Source: Octopus sinensis (Eukaryota). From it: a stretch of DNA of 64,000 bases. The stretch spans positions 18,352,001 to 18,416,000 of the forward strand of contig NC_043018.1 of the NCBI RefSeq assembly GCF_006345805.1. The letters run 5' to 3'. The translations under genes and the position numbers were made by a program. The notes under the pieces were generated by a model. That model was not told where the DNA came from. It ran no database searches and worked only from the letters and a program-made list of their open reading frames with translations. Below, one piece after another: positions 39,192 to 52,068 of this stretch; the first letter of the stretch is position 1, and each line of letters begins with the position of its first letter.

Positions 39192-39706
39192 CTAGCAGTA
39201 TCGCCCGGCGTTGCTCGGGTTTGTAAGGGAAATAACTATATAAGCATTTTTAGAGAGTTACTTCCCTTATAGATGCCAATTCGGGCTTTCTTAGCCATTT
39301 CTGTTTTGGTGTCTTCAAGCCATGAAGTCGTTGTTCTAAAAGAACGCTGGTCTCCTTGACAACGCTTTACAACGTTGATTTCCTTACACTCCCTTCCCCA
39401 CAGCTTCACGAGGGAGGGAAGAAAGGGGAGAAGCAAACAGGTGCAGGTGTTTGACCATGGACGCCAACTCCGCCGCCATCGACACACGAAAAATTATGCA
39501 TTAAAATGGAATAAAAAATGATGTTAAATTATTTTTAAAATCGTAGACTCATCGTAGACGCGCGCTAATACTCAGATGGGCTCGATATGAATCACGACTA
39601 TAAGATACCCGAATTTGGTTAAACTGCACCGCAAAATGTGGGAGTAGTTAGGAATCTAAATCGAAGGGGACAGACACTCACACAACTACAGTTTTATATA
39701 TATAGA
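39192..39706 (-). mobile_element. Non-autonomous Helitron, copy 2
   Basis: A|TC start (39706), hairpin cccgagcaacgccggg, CTAG|T end (39192); termini shared with 6953-7349. Confidence 0.82.
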
Positions 39707-40220
39707 TATGTGTGTGTCTAAAACTGTGCTTGTGCAGTGGATGTGAAAAATTATAATATATAAAGATGAGACATGGGCTATTTTGCTTCATAATTATATG
39801 TTAATCTTTGGCATGCCTACTGATGAGAACTTCGCCTAGCAAATTATTTTATTTGCTAATTAGAGTTTAAAATCATGGTCTGGTAACAAATTATGGTAAA
39901 TGTTTCTATTTTTCATTTCCTTCGAAATTACTCCTAACCGTGGTTTGGATTTTGACTGCTCCTTCTAACATGCTAGGACACCTCTTTTGTGTTTAAATGT
40001 ACACTAATTCTATATGAATATGTGTGTGTCAATGTACATTCATACACAATATGTGTGTATGTATACACTATATTTGTGTGTGTGTGTGTATGGATATATT
40101 GTGTATGTATTGTGTATGGATATATATATATATATATATATATTATAATGCGTATGTATGTATATATGTCAGTGCATTCATCGTTTGCACTTGGTGTTAG
40201 TAACAACTGTGTGTGTATAA

Positions 40221-40266
<46 letters not shown>

Positions 40267-40568
40267 GTGTGTGTGTGTGTGTGTGCATATATATGTGTGT
40301 GTGTCCAAGTGTATTCTTTGTTTGCACTCTGTATTAGCGACACTGAAGTTTCTATGCCATCTCTTCCTAAATACAAATGCTCCTTCATTAATCGCATATG
40401 AAATTTTGTGCATGTGTGCATGCGTGATACTATAATATGCATAAGTATGCATTCATTAATATTCAACAATATATATATTTGCATAGATACACACACATGT
40501 ATGCACACATAGTAATGTACTTATATTCATATCAACAGGTTTCTTCATACATATATATACATACATAC

Positions 40569-40631
<63 letters not shown>

Positions 40632-41766
40632 TACACACAAATAACATCTGTACATATAATACATATATGCACATGTGTTGAATATGTGTGTGAATAATAT
40701 AACATACACATAAATACATACATATATAAGGACACAAAATATATACATATATACATACAGGTATAAACATAAACACAAATATGTATACATATATACACAC
40801 ACAAACACATACAATTATATATACATACACATTTAAATTTATATAAACACACACGTGTATATATAGATGTATTTAAACAGAATCATGTACATATACATCT
40901 TTATACCCACGTGTGTGTGTGTGTGTGTGTAATTCTACTGTGTGTGTTATATATTGCATATATTCTTTTTCAATTAAAGAAGATATTGATGTCATCTTGC
41001 CTACTTGGAGAATCCGATACCATAATTCATGTTTCTTTCTTTCTTTATACCCATATACATTGAGGGGAGGGTTTGGTGGTGGCTTGGTTTCTTACGTGCA
41101 ATTATTGGGGAAATTTCTTCAAATATTTTTATTTACCTATTTTTCTTTTACCTGTGCATTTTGCCTGAAATTCTTTGCAATACATTACAATGCAAATCAT
41201 CATCATCATCAGCAGCAGCAGCACTATTGTCATTGTTATCATTTTAGAATGCATTTCGAAAGAATGTAAAAAAAAAAAAAAAATCTGTAATGCTTTCTAA
41301 CCAGGAAAAAAACAATTTTGGATTAAATTCATTTATCAATTTACATTTAAATATATATTTTTTTTAATTCTTCTTTTGCCAATTTCTTTTTTTCCAGAAA
41401 AATACTTTATATTGAGGGAGTAGTTTGCAATTTTCTGTTGAGTTTAAAAAAAAAAAATTTTTTTGTTATTATTTACTTTTTTGCCTGTATTGTTTTTTTT
41501 TTTTACTCTTTGCATTAAAGCTGGATTTTTACGATTTGTTAAAGCCTTTTCATAGGTCATCACAGCATATATATATATATATATATATATACATAAATAT
41601 AAATATATATGTATTAGTGGGGGGGAATGTATATATGTATGTATATGTATGTTTGAGTTCACAAAGAGAAGGAAAAATAGTAAAATATAAATATTTATTC
41701 TGTTGCTAAGACTACTCTGAGTAGTAACACTGCATAATCTTAATGCAATATACATACATGCACATG

Positions 41767-41799
<33 letters not shown>

Positions 41800-42123
41800 G
41801 TGTGTGTGTGCGTGTAAAATGTGTAATCTTAATCTAGTGTTCTTTATGGATGGACTAAGAAAAAATACCATATGACAATATTTTTTTAAAAGCTGACAGA
41901 ATCTTTAATACCCTGAGTCCTTAATATGTTTCTTAAAATTTTATGCATTCATATATATTTTTCATCTTTTACCTCATCTTCTCCCACCCACTCTTCTTTA
42001 CTTTTTACCTTCCTCTAAACCAAGGTTTCCCACAGACTCTGCTTCCATTCCATGTTCCTCATCCCCTGCATTCTCCTCTGCCCTCATCTCTAATATTCGG
42101 TTACTTTCCTTTCACACACTTGT

Positions 42124-43382
42124 GAACCAGCCTTCATTCTCTGTTCCTGTTCTCTCTCATATTCACCCTCATGTACCCTGATCTCTTACCATCACCTTTC
42201 TTCATTCTCCAACGAACCAGCCTTCATTCTCTGTTCCTGTTCCCTCTCATATTCACCCTCATGTACCCTGATCTCTTACCATCACCTTTCTATCTTACCA
42301 TCACCTTTCTTCATTCTCCAACGAACCAGCCTTCATTCTCTGTTCCTGTTCTCTCTCATATTCACCCTCATGTACCCTGATCTCTACCATCACCTTTCTA
42401 TCTTACCATCACCTTTCTTCATTCTCCAACGAACCAGCCTTCATTCTCTGTTCCTGTTCTCTCTCATATTCACCCTCATGTACCCTGATCTCTACCATCA
42501 CCTTTCTATCTTACCATCACCTTTCTTCATTCTCAACGAACCAGCCTTCATTCTCTGTTCCTGTTCCCTCTCATATTCACCCTCATGTACCCTGATCTCT
42601 TACATCACCTTTCTATCTTACCATCACCTTTCTTCATTCTCCAACGAACCAGCCTTCATTCTCTGTTCCTGTTCCCTCTCATATTCACCCTCATGTACCC
42701 TGATCTCTACCATCACCTTTCTATCTTACCATCACCTTTCTTCATTCTCCAACGAACCAGCCTTCATTCTCTGTTCCTGTTCTCTCTCATATTCACCCTC
42801 ATGTACCCTGATCTCTTACCATCACCTTTCTATCTTACCATCACCTTTCTTCATTCTCCAACGAACCAGCCTTCATTCTCTGTTCCTGTTCTCTCTCATA
42901 TTCACCCTCATGTACCCTGATCTCTACCATCACCTTTCTATCTTACCATCACCTTTCTTCATTCTCCAACGAACCAGCCTTCATTCTCTGTTCCTGTTCC
43001 CTCTCATATTCACCCTCATGTACCCTGATCTCTTACCATCACCTTTCTATCTTACCATCACCTTTCTTCATTCTCAACGAACCAGCCTTCATTCTCTGTT
43101 CCTGTTCTCTCTCTCATATTCACCCTCATGTACCCTGATCTCTTACCATCACCTTTCTATCTTACCATCACCTTTCTTCATTCTCCAACGAACCAGCCTT
43201 CATTCTCTGTTCCTGTTCTCTCTCATATTCACCCTCATGTACCCTGATCTCTACCATCACCTTTCTATCTTACCATCACCTTTCTTCATTCTCCAACGAA
43301 CCAGCCTTCATTCTCTGTTCCTGTTCTCTCTCATATTCACCCTCATGTACCCTGATCTCTTACCATCACCTTTCTATCTTCT
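42124..43382. repeat. About 108-bp minisatellite, 12 units, pyrimidine-rich on +
   Basis: gaaccagccttcattc recurs at 42124, 42214, 42323, 42431, 42538, 42646, 42754, 42863, 42971, 43079, 43190 and 43298. Confidence 0.97.
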
Positions 43383-43726
43383 CTAGATAAGGTAAGCATG
43401 TATCTCCACTACAACAAGACACCTGTTCCTCTATCCTCTATTGTACGTTAACCCCTCAACATCTGGCACAAAGCCACCTCCCTCAATACTGCATCCCACC
43501 TTCTGCTGGGAAGGTCTTGTATTTCAAGTTACTTGTCATCCTCATTACTACTCAAGACATGGGAATAAGACCAGACAGGACACAGTGCACACTGTAAACT
43601 GGATGGTCTTAGGAAGGGCCCCAGCTCTTGAAATCATACTGAAGATGACATGGGAACACAACCAGATTCTTTGGCTCATCAGATCCTGTTGGACCACCAT
43701 CCAACCAATCCCAGCATGGAAGATCA

Positions 43727-43990
43727 TCATCATCATCGTTTAACGTCCGTTTTCCATGCTAGCATGGGTTAGACGGTTCAACTGGGGTCTGGGAAGCCAA
43801 AAGGCTGCACCAGGCCCAGTCTGATCTGGCAATGGCCACGAATGGATGGTGCTTTTTATGTGCCACCAGCATGAGGCCAGTCGGGGCGGCGCTGGCAACA
43901 GCCACGTTCGGATGGTTCTCTTACATGCCACTGGCACTGGTATCACAGCTGCAATTTCCATTGATGTTGATCGATTTCGATTCTCACTTG
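43727..43990 (-). mobile_element. LINE-R 3' UTR remnant
   Basis: catcatcatcgtttaacgtccgttttccatgctagcatgggtt terminus. Confidence 0.75.
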
Positions 43991-44047
43991 AAGATGGACA
44001 TTAAAATCTGATGATGATATAGAATCATCTTTTTACTTCCACTTTTT

Positions 44048-44250
44048 GGAATGGTCAGTGGCAAGAGAGGAAGAGGCCGACCAAGAAGCCCCTGGCTTGA
44101 CACCATTAAGAGTGACACGGGAATGGCCATAGCCAATCTGAAAGAAGCGACCCAGGATAGAACTGGCTGGAGAACACTGATCCATCAAGTAACCGAGAGT
44201 TGACTTCGACTGAGCGGATAGATAGATAGATAGATAGATGGATGGATGGA
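44048..44250 (+). mobile_element. RTE-BovB-like LINE 3' end with (GATA)n tail
   Basis: GMVSGKRGRGRPRSPWLDTIKSDTGMAIANLKEATQDRTGWRTLIHQVTES*LRLSG* resembles the BovB C-terminus GKRRRGRQRMRWLD...DREAWRAAVHGVAKSRTRLSD. Confidence 0.8.
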
Positions 44251-44281
44251 ATGGTCAAGCTGTCACAGTTCAAGTCTTCAG

Positions 44282-44317
<36 letters not shown>

Positions 44318-45189
44318 GCATGGCTGTGTGTAGTTTAGTTTACGTCGTAACCACATGCTTTCTGGGTCAGTCAGACAGTAGGATATTTTGGGAAAGGGCT
44401 GACCAATGACTTGTGAGTGGAACTGGTAGATGAAAACTGTATGGGAGCACATCCTGTGTGTGTGTGTGTGGAGGGGAGGGGGGGCAGGTAGACCAAGGTT
44501 CTCATTTCTGTTTCTTTGCATGAGATCTTCTGAGTAAGAGAATGTGATGTCATGATTATGATCCCCATGAACAATACATCTTTCTTGCCCTCTTTCTCTC
44601 CCCCTCCTTTCCTCCCTCTCTCACCACCCATTAGATATGCTTATGACACACACACACACACACATACACACACACACGCACAACATGGCCATCACCCGCT
44701 GCAATCTACTTTAAAATTTTCTTCTGAATTATCCCAACATCTCTAATCACTTCCTATCTGAAGAATAGCATCAGCAACAACAACAACAACAACCAGCTGT
44801 GTAAATTTTATTACCTTGAAAATAGGGGACATGTTGGAAATGTTCACTGTTCTGTTTCCTCTCTCCTCCCTTCTCTCTTTCTTTCCAATGCTCCCCCACC
44901 CCCACCCTCATTTGCACCGCATCATTCCGCATCAAATGATATGACACTGAATACAAGACACAAATTAAAACCTGCCGTTCTCTAATCAGTGGCACCTGCA
45001 GAAAGTATAATCAATATTTCCGTCAACTATACCACCACTGCCAACATGACTACCACCTACATCACCACCACCACCACCACTACAATCACAGCAACAACAA
45101 CAACAAGAACAACAACACCGACTGTCACCATAATTACCACTGCTGGATCTACTTTTTCTATCGTTTTTCTGATTTGAAGGATCCTTGAC

Positions 45190-45670
45190 AACAACAACTG
45201 ATACGTAGCAATCAATGTCATCAGCACCAACCATGTCATTGTCAACAACAACCACCACATAGTTGTCAATACAGTCAACACCAACCATGTCATTGTAAAC
45301 ACCAACAACAGGCACATAGCTGTCAATATTATCCACACTGACCATACTGTTGTCAATACCAACAAGTCACATAGTTGTCAATACCATCAATACCAAACAT
45401 GTCATTGTAAATGCCAACAACAGGCACATAGCTGTCAATATTATCCACACTGACCATACTGTTGTCAATACCAACAAGTCACATAGTTGTCAATACCAAA
45501 CATGTCATTGTAAACGCCAACAACAGGCACATAGTTGTCAATTCCGTCAATACCAAACATGTCTTTGTAAATGCCAACAACAGGCACATAGCTGTCAATA
45601 TTATCCACATCGACCATACTGTTGTCAATGCCAACAAGTCACATAGTTGTCAATACTGTCAACACCAAAC
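45190..45670. repeat. Hierarchical minisatellite (about 110-bp units of tgtcaat-based subunits) grading out of (CAC)/(CAA) repeats
   Basis: ccaacaacaggcacatag at 45302, 45414, 45517 and 45574. Confidence 0.9.
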
Positions 45671-46567
45671 ATAGTAGAAGAACTTGCCCAAGGTGCCACA
45701 CAGTGGGACTGAACCCAGAACCATGTGGTTCGTAAGCAAGCTACTTACCACACAGCCACTCCTACGCCAAGGACGAACTTATGAAAATACTTTTGGACAG
45801 GCAAAAGGCAGTATGGTGATGGGGAAGGATGCTTGTGTAGGCTGCCTACATATATAAAGGATATGGTGAATATGAGGAATTTGGGGAAGTGTGTCACATT
45901 AAAACCTTATTTCCAAAATACCAGTCCTTCGGTTAAACAGCCAGCACCGATCTTCTGCAATTGAAGAAATTCCCTATCTAACTCTATACTGATAAGAACA
46001 TCAGAGCGACACTGTTTAGACAGTTGTGCATTTGTTATAAGTGGATGCAGTAATGCAAGTTAACATACACACTGCTTCAATTGTGTAAAGCTGCACACCT
46101 CTGCATCTGCGATCGTTTTACAGTTAAGTGAATTAGCGAAACTTAAGTGACTGTCAAGTAACAAGCACTGTGTCATATGGCTTATGGGATACGAGCCACT
46201 GAATGATGGTTGCTTTTATATTTTAATGATTTCATTAGCCACAACTTTTATCTAAGTTTAAGTTTCTCTCAGGAAATAATTCACAGAAGAAAGAAAGAAA
46301 GAAAAAATTTAAAAAACCCATAATATTGTAGAATTTCTCATTACTTTAAAATTGTTCCCAAATGTTTCAAACAGAACTGCAAGTATTCGTATGGTTACTT
46401 TTACTGGTTTCATACGAAAAATATGTAAATGGTGAGGTGGTGGCGAGAGAGGTGATGATGTCAGTGCTAATGTGTGATGACAGTCGGATTGGAAGTGTTC
46501 CTATGTGGTGGTGGTGGTGGTGGAGTAGAGCAATGATACTGTTGGTGTTGTAGTGTAGTGGTAGTCA

Positions 46568-47185
46568 TGGTGGTTGTGCTGTGGTATCTAGCAGTATGTT
46601 TGGTGTTTGTGCTGAAGATGGAGACACATCATCATCATCATCGTTTAACATCTGTTTTCCATGCTAGCATGGGTTGGACGGTTCGACCGGGGTCTGGTAA
46701 GCCATGGAGGCTGCACCAGGCCCAGTCTGATCTGGCAGTGTTACTACAGCTGGATGTCCTTCCTAACGCCAAACACTCCGTGAGTGTAGTGGGTGCTTTT
46801 TACATGCCAGGGGAGGCTGGCAACGGCCATGATCGGATGGTGCTTTTTACGTGCCACCAGCACGGAAGCCAGTCAAGGTGGCGCTGGCATTGAACACGTA
46901 CGGATGGTGCTTTTTACATGCCACTGGCGCAGGTGCCAAGGGAGGCTAGCAACGGCCATAATCGGATGGTGCTTTTTACGTGCCACCGGCATGGAAGCCA
47001 GTCAAGGTGGCGCAGGCATCGACCACGTACGGATGGTGCTTTTTACGTGCCACCGGCACCAAGGGACGCTAGCAACGGCCATGATAGGATGGTGCTTTTT
47101 ACGTGCCACCCGCATGGAGGCCAATCATAGTGGCGCTGGCATCGACCACGTACGGATGGTGCTTTTTACGTGCCAGTGGCACGAA
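46568..47185 (-). mobile_element. LINE-R 3' UTR with expanded alternating internal tandem repeat
   Basis: Core ggatggtgctttttac at 46835, 46902, 46964, 47031, 47087 and 47154; terminus at 46568-46700. Confidence 0.85.
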
Positions 47186-47695
47186 AACAAATTATGACCC
47201 CAAAATTAAAAGCGACTTATGAAGTAGTTTATTTTCCCACAAAAGCAATTTCTTGCATGTTGTTCTTATTGTTGCATATTAGCATCATTGTGAATATTCT
47301 TAATATTATTAAGACAGTCATTACAGAAAAAATGCTTAGTTGCCTTTGCATTCTGATTTCAAATTCAGTCATGGACAACTTTGCCTGTCATCCTTCCAGG
47401 GTTGATAAAATACTGAGTACTGGGGTCAACTTAATCAACTTACACCCTCGTCCAAAATTGCTGGCCTTGTGCTAAAATTGTGAAACCACTATTCTTATTA
47501 TTAAGGCGGTGAGCTGGCAGATTTGTTAGCACCTGAGCTCAAATTCTGCCGAGATGAACTTTTCCTTTCATCCTTTCGGGGGTTGATAAATTAAGTACCA
47601 GTTGTGTACTGGGGTTGATCTAATTGACTGCCCTACCACCCAAATTTCAGGCCTTGTGCCTATAATAGAAAAGATTATTATTATTGTTGATAATA

Positions 47696-48105
47696 GGCGC
47701 AGGAGTGGCTGTGTGGTAAGTAGCTTGCTAACCAACCACATGGTTCCGGGTTCAGTCCCACTGCGTGGCATCTTGGGCAAGTGTCTTCTGCTATAGCCCC
47801 AGGCCGACCAATGCCTTGTGAGTGGATTTGGTAGACGGAAACTGAAAGAAGTCTGTCGTATATATGTATATATATATATGCGTGTGTGTGTTTGTGTGTC
47901 TGTATTTGTCCCCTAGCATTGCTTAACAACCGATGCTGGTGTGTTTACGTCCCCGTCACTTAGCGGTTCGGCAAAAAGAGACCGATAGAATAAGTACTGG
48001 GCTTACAAAGAATAAGTCCCGGGGTCGATTTGCTCGACTAAAGGCAGTGCTCCAGCATGGCCGCAGTCAAATGACTGAAACAAGTAAAAGAGTAAAGAGT
48101 AAAGA
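47696..48105 (+). mobile_element. SINE family A, full length
   Basis: ggcgcaggagtggctgtgtgg...aagtaaaagagtaaagag. Confidence 0.92.
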
Positions 48106-48227
48106 GAATGCTGTTTAGTTAGAGACAAGCTCTGACGAAGCAGATTCAGGATTGGCCAAACCCATCCAATTTTGTTCTATATTTAAGAGATGAGGAATTA
48201 TGTTCATCATTTACATTATTTACATTT

Positions 48228-48555
48228 GACAGATATTTGTCCTCATCTTGTTTGTTGTAAACCCGTTTCAGCTGATATACCCTCCAACCTTCATCAGGTG
48301 TCTTGGGGAAATTTTGAATCTGGGTTCTCATTCCTATTTTTTTTTTTCGATATTATCATTATTATTATTATTATTATATTTTTTTGATGTTATTATTATT
48401 ATTATCATTATACAGGTCACTGGTTGGAATCAAACTTGGAATGAGAAACCCAGGTTCAAATTTTCCCCAAGACACCTGATGAAGGCTGGAGGCTATATCA
48501 GCCGAAACGTTGTGTTAACAACAAACAAGATGAGGACAAATATCCGTTCAATTTT
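48228..48555. repeat. Inverted pair of Penelope-like pLTR fragments
   Basis: 48228-48335 is the approximate reverse complement of 48437-48555. Confidence 0.85.
48471..48516 (+). ncRNA. Minimal type-I hammerhead ribozyme motif with extra A after A9
   Basis: GACAC-CTGATGA-A-GGCTG(gaggctatat)CAGCC-GAAA-CGT-T^-GTGTT; helix I GACAC/GTGTT, palindromic AACGTT helix III. Confidence 0.7.
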
Positions 48556-49914
48556 ATCAAAATATCTGCAAATGAATTATCTATTGTCATTAGTTTTTAT
48601 AGGGTGAATTTTTTTTATTCTAAGGAGATTTAACTGCTATTTCTAGCATGACGAGGAACTGTTTATATGATTCCTCATTGTCTTACTCTATTTAAGTAGT
48701 CAATAACTCAGAGACCCTAATTTTATGAGGCAGAACTACTACTTTTAGGCCCTGCTAGATGTTTCAAATTTCAAGGGGAGAATTTCTTTTAATTATTTTG
48801 TGTGTGTGTGGGGAGGGCTTCTGTTAAATAGTTGTACGGCCCTTCCCAGATCTCTTCTCTGGGTCCAGCACCAATGATAGTCAAATACTTTTAAGCCCTG
48901 ACTGTGCTAGCTAAGATATCAGATAATCAGAAGATTCTTTGGAAACATTGGTACCTGTAGATCCAATTTACCATTTCTAGATAAATCAGTGCCAATAATT
49001 GTGAGATAATGATTCTAAACAAATAATTATACGATCAAGAGTTCAAGCCAGAGTAAATCCAGTGTCTCTTGGCCATCATTTTGTATAAATAACTGGTTGT
49101 TTTATGGTTTCCCCCATGTTAATCTTGCATGGTTCAATGGAAAACTGACAAGAATTGTGTTAAGAAAAACAAAGAAAAAAGGAATTGTTCTGACCAAAAA
49201 AAGACAAAAAAAACCCATGAATTTTAACCAAACCAAACTTAGATGTAAAATAAAAATAAAACAAAACAAAACAAAACAAAACAAACAATAGGATGGAATA
49301 AAAGAGAGACCGTTCTGTGGAGATTGAAGAAATTATGAAGAAGCATTCTATGTCATTATTTTCTATTTGCGATTCCACAGACCGTTCTTAAGAAGTAAAG
49401 CTGTTATTAAGGCAGCGTGGAATGGGTGACGGAGTCAAGAGGACACTTTACTAGACACATTAGCTGTTACCGATTCTGTTTATTACGCTAACTACTTTAC
49501 TTGCGCTAGTACAAACGGTTGAAACAAGCTGAGGCTAGGAACAATATCTTCGTAAAAAAATAAAAACATACATTAGATTCATTTATTAATAATACACTGG
49601 GAAAATTACTACTACTGCTGTTGCTACAACAATCTTTTCCTCTTCTTTGAAGAATTTCATTTTTTTTTTATTTATTAATTTTTTTTTTTTTACTCTAGTA
49701 GTTCCAAATTCACCTTTTATGGCCTGCAATGCATACAGTTGCTTCGTTTCTTGTTATATAAATGCTTTGTGTATTTAATTAAATGTGAAAGAATAAGTCT
49801 TGTACCAAATAATGATGTCTGTTCTATTGTGTATATAAACAGATAATGTCTGGAGATTATATATACATACATATGTGTGTGTGTGCATGTGTGTAGGGAT
49901 ATATATATACAAGT

Positions 49915-49967
49915 GTCTGGGCATATCTATGCAGGTATATATATATATATATACACACAAGTGTGTG

Positions 49968-50009
<42 letters not shown>

Positions 50010-50033
50010 CACACAAGTGTGTGGCCATATATA

Positions 50034-50078
<45 letters not shown>

Positions 50079-50086
50079 AGTGTGTG

Positions 50087-50124
<38 letters not shown>

Positions 50125-50135
50125 AGTGTGTGGCC

Positions 50136-50170
<35 letters not shown>

Positions 50171-50231
50171 GCCATATCTATGCAGGTTATATATATATAT
50201 ATACATGAGTGTGTGGGCATATCTATGTAGG

Positions 50232-50270
<39 letters not shown>

Positions 50271-50320
50271 ATGTGTGTGTGTGTGTGTGGCCATATCTAT
50301 GCAGGTATATATATAATATA
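49915..50320. repeat. Microsatellite-cored minisatellite (cacaagtgtgtggccata + variable (TA)n)
   Basis: Fixed motif recurs about 5-7 times with variable TA spacers. Confidence 0.85.
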
Positions 50321-51524
50321 TATATATTAGCATTATTGTCTTTGGTTTAATGTCCATGTTTGCATGGGCCAAACAAAAATTCAAGAACACGTAACTTCTA
50401 AGAATAATGTTTAAGACAGTTGTACATCTCTCTAACAAGTAGATGCAGCGCTGCTGTCTGGTAACAATAAAGCATTGCTTTTATTGCTCGTACCTGTGTA
50501 TCCAGACATCGTTTTCACTTTAGAGCTAAGTGAATAAGTGAAATGTAAGTGGCTCTCTAGTAACATAGTACTGCATAGTATTGGCTGATGGTATATGAAC
50601 GGGTAAATAATGCCAACCTTTCTATTTTAATGATTTCATTAGCTACAACTTTCATCTAACACATAAGTTAAAGATTCTCCCAGGAAATAATTCATAAAAC
50701 ATAGAACAAAAAAAAAGCACAAAATATAGAATTTCTCGTTGCTTTAACACTGTTCCCCAAACGTTTAAAACAGAAATGCAAGTATTGATGTTGTCACTTT
50801 TACTTATTTCATACTCGGAATATATTATGCGTAACTTACCCCAATACACCCGTAGTAGAAAGTAAGATGCTGGCATAGGGAAAGCTGCTTATTCCTACCT
50901 GTCCAGGTGTTAATTGAACTAGACAGGCCAAATTGAATGCCAAATTAAATAATTTAAGTTTGAAGTAGTTTGAAGTTACTTGAGCTGGAGTAATAAATAT
51001 AATGAAATGATTAAAAGACAATATTTGCTATTTTGGTATATTCTTTGAGAAGATTGGTCTTCAGATTCCACCAAGTTATACTGATGAACACTAAACACTG
51101 ACAAGAATGGCAGACTGCGCTACTTATGCCAAATATCCTTTCAACTCATCTGCCTTGGTGTGAAGAACAAAAAATGAAATTAATCTTAAGAAGTTATCAA
51201 ACTGCCAAACATCTGTTGCTGGAATATCTGCCGAAGCTGTCTGATGTGTAGAGAATATTATGCAAAGAAATGGTCTCTCTCTCTCTTGTTTAAATTGATC
51301 TGTATTGGCTAAAACAATACTAATCAAGTGTCTGGTAAAATAGCCACAGACGTAAAGATAACTAGTAACATGAACAAGTTGAAAGGAAATCAAAAATTGG
51401 TTTTCATTCTAGAAATTTGTGTACAATACAAACCCACATAAACGGCGTTCCAGAAGTTTTGAGACTTTCTTTTAGGAGCGGCAGTTATAACTATCCCAGA
51501 TTATAGTAATTTTAATATATCTCT

Positions 51525-51947
51525 TACTCTCTTTACTCTTTACTCTTTTACTTGTTTCAGTCATTTGACTGCGGCCATGCTGGAGCACCGCCTTTAGTCG
51601 AGGAGCAAATCGACCCCGGGACTTATTCTTTGTAAGCCCAGTACTTATTCTATCGGTCTCTTTTGCCGAACCGCTAAGTGACGGGGACGTAAACACACCA
51701 GCATCGGTTGTCAAGCAATGCTAGGGGGACAAACACAGACACACAAACATATACACACACACTTATATATATATACATATATACGACAGGCTTCTTTCAG
51801 TTTCCGTCTACCAAATCCACTCACAAGGCATTGGTCGGCCCGGGGCTATAGCAGAAGACACACGCCCAAGGTGCCACACAGTGGGACTGAACCCGGAACC
51901 ATGTGGTTGGTTAGCAAGCTACTTACCACACAGCCACTCCTGCGCCT
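51525..51947 (-). mobile_element. SINE family A, full length
   Basis: Matches the consensus. Confidence 0.92.
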
Positions 51948-52068
51948 ATATCATTGACATTTCTCTAATAAGTTGTTTTGATATGGTTGCTCTTCAGGTC
52001 AACCACTGAGTGAATACTACCATGCAAAGCTGCAATGAGCTGGTCATGTCACAAGGTTCATAGACAAT

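Noticed and set aside
40965-41030. EDIDVIL peptide resembling the missing SAC2 DVDVLL segment
   Set aside because: On the wrong (+) strand and diverges immediately; chance match.
42370-43386. 338-aa ORF
   Set aside because: Arises from the 108-bp (multiple of 3) G-poor minisatellite; frames shift at unit indels and there is no domain similarity.
47696-47775. tRNA gene-like A/B boxes (all SINE heads)
   Set aside because: No intact cloverleaf, and each continues into SINE body sequence; these are SINE heads, not tRNA genes.
50836-51021. Minus ORF ending at a strong GTAAGT donor-like site
   Set aside because: No homology to SAC2 and no good acceptor identified.
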